A stretch of 64,000 bases of DNA from an uncultured Fidelibacterota bacterium (GTDB taxonomy: Bacteria > Fidelibacterota > Marinisomatia > Marinisomatales > Marinisomataceae), in assembly GCA_902599655.1 (NCBI GenBank), contig CACKGC010000004.1, positions 1,357 through 65,356 on the forward strand, read 5' to 3'. Position 1 is the stretch's first letter; each line of letters begins with the position of its first letter. Both the position numbers and the translations under genes were made by a program. A model generated the notes under the pieces. That model made no database searches. It was not told the origin of the DNA and worked only from the letters and a program-made list of their open reading frames with translations. Shown here piece by piece: positions 51,866 through 61,028 of the stretch.

Positions 51866-53108
51866 AAAGAAAATAGCCTATATTCAGTTTCCTGGTTCCA
51901 ACACAGAAAATGAAACAAAAAACATTTTACAAAAACATGGTATGTTGCCGTTTGGGCACTTTTGGAATGACCCTTCTGAGCTGTTAAACGATTTTGATGG
52001 TTTTATAATTTTAGGTGGATTTTCTTTTGAAGATAGGTCTAGATCAGGGATTATTGCATCTCTTGAGCCGGTTGTTAATGAACTAAAAAAACAAGCTTTG
52101 CTTGGTAAGCCTGTTTTAGGGGTTTGTAATGGTGCTCAAATTTTAGTGGAATCTGGTCTAGTTCCGGGGAATAAAGAGTTTGACACCCTTGTTTCTTTAA
52201 CTGACAATAAAAGAACAGTAGGCAGTCGCATTGTTGGAACAGGATATTTTAACAAGTGGTGTTATATAAAGCCTTGCGAAAACGCAAAATCGGCTTTTAT
52301 TAAAAAAGACGGAAAACCAATGAGGGTCCCTATTGCACATGCCGAAGGTCGTTTTTTATTTAACGATGACCTTGGGGCTGAAATATTAAAAAACAATCTA
52401 ATTACCTATAAATATTGTGACTCAAGGGGAAACCTTTCCGATGACTTTCCAACCAACCCCAACGGCTCGCTTCATAGCGCTGCCGCCCTAAGCAACCCAA
52501 CAGGAAATGTAATGGCGATAATGCCTCACCCTGAACGAACACTAAAAAACGAAGCTGATGATCTTTTTGACAGCATGAAAAACTATGTTGAGTCTGATTC
52601 TCCCTTTAGCTATAAAGCCTTAAATTTTAAATCAAAAAAAATAGATATTCAGAAATTTAAAAAACCATCAAAAGGCAGCGAACTTCTTATTTCTACAATT
52701 ATCGCCGACAACGAAGCTGCATCGGTCGAAAAATGTATTCACAACCTGGGTGTAGACGCTAAGGTAAAAAAATATGTTCATTTTGAAATTGATACAACCG
52801 AGGGTTTTGATGTTGATAAAATTATCTCAACCGACGTATTGTTTAACTCTAGCAAAGAATATATAGCTGAAACAAAAGAAGAAACGGGGGCGTACAGGTT
52901 CTTGGTTCGTAACAAAGACGACATTGTTGGACAAAGCCTTGCTCAAACTCTGCGAGACCGCTTTGAATTGTCAGATTTGAAATCTATAAAAAGAGGTATT
53001 GTTTGGGAGGTTAAAATTAATTCACGTTCAACAAAAAAAGACGTGGATTTAATATTAAATAGTCATATTTTTTCTAATCCCATTTCACAGGAATGTCATG
53101 AATATTGA
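51858..53108 (+). CDS. purQ: FGAM synthase glutaminase PurQ fused to two tandem PurS-like modules
   Basis: Start taken at MAKKKIAYIQFPGSN (ATGGCTAA overlap with the purM stop). GATase Cys LGVCNGAQIL and His IMPHPER. The C-terminal ~170 aa contain two ~75-aa segments resembling PurS (second copy: YRFLVRNKDDIVGQSLAQTLRDRF...SIKRGIVWEVKI...ILNSHIFSNPISQECHEY). Confidence 0.8.
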   Translation: MAKKKIAYIQFPGSNTENETKNILQKHGMLPFGHFWNDPSELLNDFDGFIILGGFSFEDRSRSGIIASLEPVVNELKKQALLGKPVLGVCNGAQILVESGLVPGNKEFDTLVSLTDNKRTVGSRIVGTGYFNKWCYIKPCENAKSAFIKKDGKPMRVPIAHAEGRFLFNDDLGAEILKNNLITYKYCDSRGNLSDDFPTNPNGSLHSAAALSNPTGNVMAIMPHPERTLKNEADDLFDSMKNYVESDSPFSYKALNFKSKKIDIQKFKKPSKGSELLISTIIADNEAASVEKCIHNLGVDAKVKKYVHFEIDTTEGFDVDKIISTDVLFNSSKEYIAETKEETGAYRFLVRNKDDIVGQSLAQTLRDRFELSDLKSIKRGIVWEVKINSRSTKKDVDLILNSHIFSNPISQECHEY

Positions 53109-54072
53109 CAAAAAATATTATCAGGAAATTAACGACAACCTGACTAATACAATTCAGGATACCAACATTGACGCCCCCAATAAAAAAGTTGGAAAAGTTA
53201 GGGATGCTTATTTTTTAGACGACAAGGTGGTAATGATTTCTACCGATAGGCAAAGTGCTTTTGATCGCGTTTTAGCTGCTATTCCATACAAGGGCGCTGT
53301 TTTAAACTCTGTCAGTGCGTGGTGGTTTAAAAAAACTGAACACTTATTTCCCAACCACCTTGTTTCTACCCCAGATCCAAATGTTTCTATAGTAGAAAAA
53401 TGTACTGTCTTTCCGGTCGAGTTTGTTGTGAGGGGCTATATCACAGGAACAACGGACACCTCCCTGTGGACCGTCTATAACAATGGAGATCGAGAGTATT
53501 GTGGAAACACTCTTCCTGAGGGGCTAAAGAAAAACGACAAACTTAACGCTCCCATGCTAACACCGACAACCAAAGACAAGGTTCATGATAGGCCTGTTTC
53601 TAGAGAAGAAATAATTGATCTTGGGTTAATGTCTGCAGAAGATTACGACATAGCTGCCAAAATGAGTTTAGATCTTTTTGCTTTTGGACAAGAAACAGCA
53701 AAGAAAAATGGTCTAATTCTGGTAGACACAAAATATGAAATTGGTACAGACTCTTCAGGAAAAATTAAATTTGTCGATGAAATACACACTCCTGATAGTA
53801 GTAGATTTTGGATAAGTGGTTCATATAAAGAAAGAATTAATGCGGGTCAGGAACCTGAAAATATCGATAAAGAATTTTTAAGGCTTTGGTTTGCAAAAAA
53901 TTGTGATCCCTATAATGATGAAGTTTTACCAGACGCTCCAGACGATCTCGTTGCAGAGCTTTCTGCTAGATACATTTTATTATATGAACTAATTACCGGA
54001 GAAAAATTTGTTTTTCCAAACCTTAATAATATAAACAAACGAATTACTGAAAACATAAAGGAACTATTATGA
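53098..54072 (+). CDS. purC: SAICAR synthetase (long form)
   Basis: 324 aa. GKVRDAY...STDRQSAFD and LVDTKYEIG motifs. Confidence 0.9.
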   Translation: MNIDKKYYQEINDNLTNTIQDTNIDAPNKKVGKVRDAYFLDDKVVMISTDRQSAFDRVLAAIPYKGAVLNSVSAWWFKKTEHLFPNHLVSTPDPNVSIVEKCTVFPVEFVVRGYITGTTDTSLWTVYNNGDREYCGNTLPEGLKKNDKLNAPMLTPTTKDKVHDRPVSREEIIDLGLMSAEDYDIAAKMSLDLFAFGQETAKKNGLILVDTKYEIGTDSSGKIKFVDEIHTPDSSRFWISGSYKERINAGQEPENIDKEFLRLWFAKNCDPYNDEVLPDAPDDLVAELSARYILLYELITGEKFVFPNLNNINKRITENIKELL

Positions 54073-54464
54073 AAGCTGTATTAATTATGGGTTCAACCTC
54101 AGATCAGCCGCATGCAGACAAAATTACTAGCACTCTTGATACGCTTGGAATCAAACACGAGGTTCATGCTGCTTCAGCCCACAAAAACCCTGAAAGGGTA
54201 TTAGAAATTATAAGGTCTTTTGGAGAAAAAGATGCTGTTGTTTTTGTTACAATAGCTGGAAGGTCAAACGCTCTTTCTGGTTTTGTCGGTGCAAACTGCG
54301 ACAAACCAACCATAGCTTGTCCTCCTTTCAAAGATAAGGTAGATATGAGCATTAACATTCACTCAACGCTTCAGATGCCAAGCAAAACGCCTGTGCTTAC
54401 AGTGCTTGATCCTGGAAACTGTGCTATTGCAGTACACAGAATATTAAACATCGGTTCAATGTGA
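54069..54464 (+). CDS. purE: AIR carboxylase, class II PurE-like (short, 131 aa)
   Basis: IMGSTSD, then ASAHKNP (class II SAHK rather than class I SAHRTP), and AGRSNALSG...ACPP (class II AGRSNGLGP...SCPP pattern rather than class I AGGAAHLPG). Confidence 0.8.
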   Translation: MKAVLIMGSTSDQPHADKITSTLDTLGIKHEVHAASAHKNPERVLEIIRSFGEKDAVVFVTIAGRSNALSGFVGANCDKPTIACPPFKDKVDMSINIHSTLQMPSKTPVLTVLDPGNCAIAVHRILNIGSM

Positions 54465-55810
54465 GCAACATTTCTCCAATAGACGGGAGATATAAAAAAA
54501 ACGTCTCTGAACTAGAAACATTTTTTTCAGAGCAGGCACTAATGCGCCATCGTGTAATGGTTGAAGTCGAGTATCTGCTGGCCCTGACTGAACATAAGTC
54601 TTTTCAAAAAACCCGCACCTTAAGCAAAAAAGCTTTTAACTCGTTGAAAGGTTTGTACGTTGAATTTTCATCAACTCATTTTAAGGAAATAAAAAAAATT
54701 GAGAAAAAAACAAACCATGATGTAAACGCTGTTGTTGTGTTTGTGTCTGAAAAGTTAAAAAAAATCGGTCGAGATGATTTAGTGCCGTTTGTTCACTTTG
54801 GGCTTACATCTGAGGACATTAATAACATTTCATACTCTTTAATGACGCGGGGTGCTGTTGATAATGTAATGATCCCCTCTGTAAAGGGTGTTCTAAAAGA
54901 GTTAAAAACTCTTTCAAAAAAAACTAAATCTTTGTCTTTGTTGTCTTTAACCCATGGACAGCCTGCCACCACCACAACCCTTGGAAAAGAGCTTGCTGTT
55001 TTTGTTTCTAGGGTAGAAAGAGAAATTGCTTTGATTAAAAAAATGAAGTTGTTAGCAAAGCTTTCGGGGGCTACGGGATCTTATGCAGCTCACAAGGTTG
55101 CATTCCCAGACCTTAACTGGCCTTTGTTCTCAAAGAGGTTTATTAAAAAACTAGGCCTTGAGCAATCCCCGATTTCTACACAAATTGAACCGGGGGATTC
55201 TCTTGCGGAGTTGCTACACTCTTTTGTTAGAATTAATAATATATTTTCTGATTTTTCTTTAGATATGTGGTTGTATATAAGTAGAAATATTTTTGTTCAA
55301 AAAAATATAGTTGGCGAGGTTGGTTCAAGCACTATGCCTCATAAAATTAATCCAATCTTTTTCGAAAACGCTGAAGGAAATTTAGACATTGCAAACAACA
55401 ACTTCTCTTTCTTGGCGTCTAGAATTACAAGATCTAGGCTTCAAAGGGATCTGAGCGGTAGCACTGTTTTTAGAAACATCGGTGTTGGTTTTGCTCACTC
55501 GCTTATTTCATATAAAAACCTAATTAAGGGCGTTTTAAGGGTGTCTCCAAACAGAACACAAATGAAAAAAGAGTTGGATGAAAATTGGAGTATTCTTGCA
55601 GAAGCCGTACAAACGGTTTTACGGAAATCTGGAGATGCTTCCGCTTATGACAAAATTAAAAAGCTAACTAGAGGAAAACCGCTAACAAAAGAATCTTATT
55701 TACAGCTGGTTAACAGCCTTGATGTTGCTGAAAAAGATAGGGTTGCCCTTCTTGAATTAACCCCACATACATATCTGGGTGAAATAAATAAAGTTTTGGA
55801 GAATCTATAA
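54461..55810 (+). CDS. purB: Adenylosuccinate lyase
   Basis: 449 aa with a GTG start overlapping the purE stop. Fumarate-lyase signature GSSTMPHKINP. Confidence 0.94.
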   Translation: MSNISPIDGRYKKNVSELETFFSEQALMRHRVMVEVEYLLALTEHKSFQKTRTLSKKAFNSLKGLYVEFSSTHFKEIKKIEKKTNHDVNAVVVFVSEKLKKIGRDDLVPFVHFGLTSEDINNISYSLMTRGAVDNVMIPSVKGVLKELKTLSKKTKSLSLLSLTHGQPATTTTLGKELAVFVSRVEREIALIKKMKLLAKLSGATGSYAAHKVAFPDLNWPLFSKRFIKKLGLEQSPISTQIEPGDSLAELLHSFVRINNIFSDFSLDMWLYISRNIFVQKNIVGEVGSSTMPHKINPIFFENAEGNLDIANNNFSFLASRITRSRLQRDLSGSTVFRNIGVGFAHSLISYKNLIKGVLRVSPNRTQMKKELDENWSILAEAVQTVLRKSGDASAYDKIKKLTRGKPLTKESYLQLVNSLDVAEKDRVALLELTPHTYLGEINKVLENL

Positions 55811-55811
55811 G

Positions 55812-57263
55812 GTGTGCGGAATAATTGGTTTATACCACCCAACAGAAAATGTTTCTGGTGAAATTTATGATGCCCTGATTCAAGTTCAGCACAGAGGTCA
55901 AGATGCCGCCGGAATCGCAACCTGGGACAGCAAAAAACTTTCTCTTCATAAAGAGCTTGGTGTTGTTACTGAGGTTTTTAAAACAAATGAGTCTCTTGGT
56001 TTGGAAGGTAATGTAGGAATAGGTCATGTGCGTTACCCCACCGCTGGCTGTTCTGACGTTTCAGAGGCACAACCATTTCATTCTTCTAATCCTGTGAATA
56101 TCTGTCTTGCGCACAACGGAACTTTAACTAATAGCGATGAAATGAAAAAATTTCTTCTGGACACCCACTTCTGTCAGTTTAACACCCAGTCTGATTCTGA
56201 AGTATTATTAAATCTTTTTGCATATGAATTGTCTAAAACAAACTTTGATGTTTTACAAAATAAGCACGTTTTTGAGGCTCTAAAAAAAGTATATGAAAGA
56301 TGTGAGGGTGGCTTTGCTGTGACAATGATTGTTGGGGGTGTTGGTTTGGTTGCCTTTAGAGATGCAAACGGAATTCGACCACTTGTTGTGGGTAAAAAAG
56401 ATGATGAATCTTTTATGGTTGCTTCAGAAAGCTCTGCTCTTAGTGCTTTGGGTTATGAATTTGAGTATGACGTTGATCCTGGAGCAGCTGTCATTATATC
56501 TGAAAGCGGTGTTGTAGAAAAAAGCGTTTGTGCTGAATCTGTATCACACTCTCCTTGTCTTTTTGAGTTTGTATACTTTTCGCGTCCCGACTCAGTTATA
56601 GACTCTATATCAGTTCATAAGTCTCGGCTTAGAATGGGAGATTTTTTGGGAGATAAAATTCTTAAAGATTATTCTCATCTAAAAATAGACGCAGTAATAC
56701 CCGTTCCAGACACAAGCAGAACATCTGCGATGCAGGTTGCATACAAGCTTGGCGTTAAATACAGAGAAGGATTTATTAAAAACAGATATATAGGCAGAAC
56801 GTTTATTATGCCGGGGCAAAGCATTAGAAAAAGGTCTGTTGCTCACAAGCTAAGCCCAATAGAAATTGAGTTTAAAAATAAAAACGTTTTGCTGGTTGAT
56901 GACTCAATTGTGCGAGGAAATACTTCAAAAAAAATTGTTGAAATGGTTAGAAAACAGGGTGCAAAAAATGTATACTTTGCTTCTGCCGCTCCTCCGGTGC
57001 GCTATCAAAACGTTTATGGTATTGACATGCCCGCAACCAAAGAACTGGTTGCCCACGGAAAAACAGTTGAAGAAATAAGACTCTTCATTGGAGCAGACGA
57101 ACTCATTTATCAAGACATTGAAGACTTAAGAATGGCCGCGCACATTGGAAATACAAACATTACAAGCTTTGAAGACTCGGTTTTTACGGGCAAGTATCGT
57201 GCCGGGGAAATTTCTGAAGAATATTTATCACAGCTTGAAAACAACCGATCTTCCAAAGAATGA
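55812..57263 (+). CDS. purF: Amidophosphoribosyltransferase
   Basis: 483 aa with a GTG start. Ntn nucleophile MCGIIG and PRTase motif VLLVDDSIVRGNTS. Confidence 0.95.
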   Translation: MCGIIGLYHPTENVSGEIYDALIQVQHRGQDAAGIATWDSKKLSLHKELGVVTEVFKTNESLGLEGNVGIGHVRYPTAGCSDVSEAQPFHSSNPVNICLAHNGTLTNSDEMKKFLLDTHFCQFNTQSDSEVLLNLFAYELSKTNFDVLQNKHVFEALKKVYERCEGGFAVTMIVGGVGLVAFRDANGIRPLVVGKKDDESFMVASESSALSALGYEFEYDVDPGAAVIISESGVVEKSVCAESVSHSPCLFEFVYFSRPDSVIDSISVHKSRLRMGDFLGDKILKDYSHLKIDAVIPVPDTSRTSAMQVAYKLGVKYREGFIKNRYIGRTFIMPGQSIRKRSVAHKLSPIEIEFKNKNVLLVDDSIVRGNTSKKIVEMVRKQGAKNVYFASAAPPVRYQNVYGIDMPATKELVAHGKTVEEIRLFIGADELIYQDIEDLRMAAHIGNTNITSFEDSVFTGKYRAGEISEEYLSQLENNRSSKE

Positions 57264-58567
57264 AAAATATTTTGGTGGTGGGGTCTGGGGCAAGAGAGGT
57301 TGCAATTGCTAGATGTATTTCACAAAGCTCAATAAAAAATTCTCTTTTTTGCGTATCAAAAGATATAAATCCACAGATTTTCGATCTTTGCAAAGACTAC
57401 TTTGTTACCGATCTTTCGAACATATCTGATATTGTGTCATATAGCAAAAAAACTGGGGTTGACTTTGCAATAATTGGGCCAGAAAACCCGCTTGCTAACG
57501 GTATTGTCAATGAGCTTGAAAATGTTGGGGTTGGGTGTGTTGGGCCCAAAAAAGAAGTTGCACTAATTGAAACTAGCAAGGCTTTTGCAAGAAAAATAAT
57601 TGATCTTTGCTGTCCAGAAAAAAATCCACAAAGAAAAGAGTTTAGCTCAATAGAAGGGGTTGAAAGCTTTATCAAACAGTTGGGTGGAGAGTACGTAATA
57701 AAGTTTGATGGTCTTATGGGCGGAAAGGGGGTTCGTGTTTCTGGTGAGCACCTAAAAAACATCGATGAGGGCGTTGCCTACGCTAACGAAATTATTAACA
57801 TTGGCGGAAATTTTTTAATTGAAGAAAAGTTGGTTGGGGAAGAGTTTTCTTTAATGAGCTTTGTTGATGGTAAGGTTTGCAAACACATGCCCGTTGTTCA
57901 GGATCATAAAAGAGCATATGAAGGCGACACCGGTCCTAACACCGGGGGGATGGGCACCTACTCTTTTGGAAATCATTCTCTTCCCTTTTTAAGCAAAGAA
58001 GACATTAATGAGGCTCAAAAAACCAATGAGCTTATAGCCAAACAACTTTTTGAAGAAACGGGCACTCCCTATGTTGGCATACTATATGGCGGCTTTATGT
58101 TAACAGGGGGCGGTGTAAAGGTCATTGAATACAACGCTCGTTTCGGTGACCCTGAGGCAATGAATGTATTGTCTATACTGGAGTCAGACTTCTTGTCAAT
58201 TTGTATTTCTATGATTGATGGAACCCTAAAGAACCAAGACGTCTCTTTCGAAAAACTTGCTACTGTTTGTAAATATGTTGTTCCGGTGGGCTACCCAGAC
58301 AAACCCGAAAAAAACTTTGAAGTATTTTGTGATCAAAATGACCGCTCCCTTTTTCTTGCATCTGTTATGTTAAAAGATCAAAAGCTTATAGCCTGTGGCT
58401 CAAGAACCGCTGCGGTAGTTGGTAAAAACAAAGACATTTTTCGGGCTGAGCTGTTTGCTGAAACCGGCATAGCAAACATATCCGGAAACCTCTTTCACAG
58501 AAAAGACATTGGCACAAAGAAGTTGATTGACTCTAGAGTTAAAAGAATGAAAGAGCTGTTGCAATGA
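57260..58567 (+). CDS. purD: Phosphoribosylamine--glycine ligase
   Basis: 435 aa. ATP-grasp with KFDGLMGGKGV and EYNARFGDPE. Confidence 0.94.
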   Translation: MKNILVVGSGAREVAIARCISQSSIKNSLFCVSKDINPQIFDLCKDYFVTDLSNISDIVSYSKKTGVDFAIIGPENPLANGIVNELENVGVGCVGPKKEVALIETSKAFARKIIDLCCPEKNPQRKEFSSIEGVESFIKQLGGEYVIKFDGLMGGKGVRVSGEHLKNIDEGVAYANEIINIGGNFLIEEKLVGEEFSLMSFVDGKVCKHMPVVQDHKRAYEGDTGPNTGGMGTYSFGNHSLPFLSKEDINEAQKTNELIAKQLFEETGTPYVGILYGGFMLTGGGVKVIEYNARFGDPEAMNVLSILESDFLSICISMIDGTLKNQDVSFEKLATVCKYVVPVGYPDKPEKNFEVFCDQNDRSLFLASVMLKDQKLIACGSRTAAVVGKNKDIFRAELFAETGIANISGNLFHRKDIGTKKLIDSRVKRMKELLQ

Positions 58568-59136
58568 GGTTGGCTGTTATTGGATCAACCAACGGCACGG
58601 ACCTTGTTCCTATTGTTAGCGCTATAAGCTCCGGAGAGCTTTTGGCCAGCGTAGAGGTTATCATTTCAAACAACGAGCTTTCTGGGATTCTAAAAAAGGC
58701 TAGTGCTTATGGTATAGAGGGTCATTTTATTTGTCATAAAAATAAAAAACGTGATGTTTTTGACTTAGAAATGTCACAAATTTTAGAAGGCAAAAAAATT
58801 GATTTGATTTTGCTTATTGGGTTTATGAGAATTCTTTCATCAGAGTTTGTTGAAAGGTGGTGTGGAAAAATAATTAACGTCCACCCCTCTCTGCTGCCAA
58901 AATATGCTGGTGGAATGAACAACGATGTTCATGAAAGCGTCTTGGCTGCGGGCGACAAAGAAAGCGGGTGCACAATTCATCTTGTAACCAAAGATGTTGA
59001 TTGTGGTCCTATTTTATTACAAAAATCGTGCCCTGTTTATGAAAATGACTCTGTTGAATCTCTTCGAGAAAGAGTTCAAAAGCTCGAGGGGGAGTCTTTT
59101 ATAGAGGTAATTAATAACTGGAGGAGTTATGAATAA
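58564..59136 (+). CDS. purN: Phosphoribosylglycinamide formyltransferase
   Basis: 190 aa. GFMRIL, NVHPSLLPKYAG, and the HLV..D.D.GPI motif. Confidence 0.92.
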   Translation: MRLAVIGSTNGTDLVPIVSAISSGELLASVEVIISNNELSGILKKASAYGIEGHFICHKNKKRDVFDLEMSQILEGKKIDLILLIGFMRILSSEFVERWCGKIINVHPSLLPKYAGGMNNDVHESVLAAGDKESGCTIHLVTKDVDCGPILLQKSCPVYENDSVESLRERVQKLEGESFIEVINNWRSYE

Positions 59137-59524
59137 CAAACTGTTTTTTGACTTTATTTCTGTTGTTGAAAAAGTTCTGCATTTAATCATACTGGGTATG
59201 GTGATATTCCTTTGCTTTGAAGAGGTTATGTCTGCTGTAAACGGTGGAGGAGTTAGGGTAGAGAGCGTTTTAATGCTGTTTATTTATCTAGAAATCATGC
59301 AAATGGTAAACATATTTTTTTCCACTGGAAAAATTCCAATAAGGTATCCTTTATATATTGGCATGTTTGCTTTGGCAAGACATATATCTTTTGAAGATAT
59401 AAAAGGTATTGAGTCTTTGTATCTTTCTGCCTCAGTGGCGCTATTGTCTTTAGCTCTTGTTGGTTTGGCGTATAGAAACAAAATAATGAATAAAAGCGTT
59501 CCAGAACTTCCAGAGAACGAATGA
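59129..59524 (+). CDS. PsiE-like (phosphate-starvation-inducible E family) membrane protein
   Basis: 131 aa with 4 TM helices. FIYLEIMQMVNIFFSTGKIPIRYPLYIGMFALARHI aligns by eye to the E. coli PsiE core [37 protein letters not shown]. Overlaps purN by 8 nt and purH by 4 nt. Confidence 0.65.
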   Translation: MNNKLFFDFISVVEKVLHLIILGMVIFLCFEEVMSAVNGGGVRVESVLMLFIYLEIMQMVNIFFSTGKIPIRYPLYIGMFALARHISFEDIKGIESLYLSASVALLSLALVGLAYRNKIMNKSVPELPENE

Positions 59525-61020
59525 CGAACAAGGTCTTACCTAAAACCGCACTAATATCAGTTTCTAACAAATCTGGTGTTGTAACGTTTGCTAAGTTGCT
59601 TCAAAAAAGTGGTGTAAAAATATTTGCAACCGGAGGTACAGCCTCGGCTTTAAAGGACGCTGGAATAAAAGTGTCAAAAGTGTCTTCAATTTCTCGCTTC
59701 CCTGAAATCTTTGGAGGAAGGGTTAAAACTCTTAGTCCGTATATTTCTGGCGGGATTCTAGGGCAAAGAGATAAAGATGAAGCTGAAGCAAAAAAAAACA
59801 ACATTACTTGGATTGATCTCGTTGTTTGCAACCTATATCCTTTTTCTGATGTTGCTAAAAACACCAACTCCACAATGAATGAAAAAATAGAAAATATTGA
59901 CATTGGTGGACCAACCATGATTAGGGCAGCAGCAAAAAATTTTAGGTGGGTTAGTGTTATTGTAAGCCCAAAAGACTACCGCTCTGTTGGTACGGCTATT
60001 TCTAGTGGGGGCCTTACAGAAAAAAGGCGTTTTAGCCTTGCTAAAAAAGCCTTTGGTCATTGTGCTGAATATGATCAAACCATCTTTGAAACACTATCAG
60101 AAAAAACACCTGAACATGATTCTTTGCGCTATGGTGAAAATCCTCACCAACAAGCTTTTGTTTTGAAAGGAGACATGCCCTCCTCTCTTGGTATTCCACA
60201 GGCAAAACAACACCAGGGCAAAGCTCTTTCATATAATAATTTTTTAGATGGGGACGCTGCCTTACAATGTCTATCGGAGTTTAAAAGGTCTCCTGCGTGT
60301 GTTATAGTAAAACACAACTCTCCTTGCGGTGTCGGAGTGGGAAAAAACGTAAGCGAGGCATTTTCTGGGGCGCTCAATGTCGACAGTCTGTCTGCTTTTG
60401 GCGGGGTGGTTGCAATGAACAGGAAATGCACCGTTGATCTGGCAAAAAAAATAGATAAAATATTCTTTGAAATCATAGTTGCTCCTTCTTTTGACGCTGG
60501 CTCATTAAAAATATTTTCAAAGAAAAAAAATCTGCGTGTTTTAAGCCTCAAAAAATATTTGTCTCCAGAATTTTCGATCAAAACAATTGGTGGTGGAAGC
60601 TTGAGTCAAGAGCGAGACGATTCAAACCTGCTCAAAAAACACCTTGTTGTTCCAACTAAGAAGAGGTTGACTCCAAACCAACTTTCTACCGGCTTGTTTG
60701 CTTGGAAGGTGGTCAAACATACAAAGTCAAATGCAATAGTTGTAGCCAAGAACAATAAAATTATAAGCATATCTGGCGGTCAGACAAGCAGGGTCGATGC
60801 CACGAAAATAGCTTTTGAAAAAACAAAAATACCCAAAGGGTGTGTCGTCGCTTCTGACGCTTTTTTCCCTTTTAAAGACTCAATAGAAAAAATGGCACAA
60901 TATAAAATTGCTGCCATAATCCAGCCCGGTGGGTCTATAAGAGACCGCGAGGTTGTTGAGTCGTGTAACAAAAATAAAATTGCTATGGCCTTTACCGGCT
61001 TTAGAGTGTTTAAACACTAG
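59521..61020 (+). CDS. purH: Bifunctional AICAR transformylase / IMP cyclohydrolase
   Basis: 499 aa. MGS-like N-domain (ALISVSNKSGVV...ATGGTA) and C-terminal AICARFT (IIQPGGSIRD). Confidence 0.94.
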   Translation: MTNKVLPKTALISVSNKSGVVTFAKLLQKSGVKIFATGGTASALKDAGIKVSKVSSISRFPEIFGGRVKTLSPYISGGILGQRDKDEAEAKKNNITWIDLVVCNLYPFSDVAKNTNSTMNEKIENIDIGGPTMIRAAAKNFRWVSVIVSPKDYRSVGTAISSGGLTEKRRFSLAKKAFGHCAEYDQTIFETLSEKTPEHDSLRYGENPHQQAFVLKGDMPSSLGIPQAKQHQGKALSYNNFLDGDAALQCLSEFKRSPACVIVKHNSPCGVGVGKNVSEAFSGALNVDSLSAFGGVVAMNRKCTVDLAKKIDKIFFEIIVAPSFDAGSLKIFSKKKNLRVLSLKKYLSPEFSIKTIGGGSLSQERDDSNLLKKHLVVPTKKRLTPNQLSTGLFAWKVVKHTKSNAIVVAKNNKIISISGGQTSRVDATKIAFEKTKIPKGCVVASDAFFPFKDSIEKMAQYKIAAIIQPGGSIRDREVVESCNKNKIAMAFTGFRVFKH

Positions 61021-61028
61021 GAGGGTTT

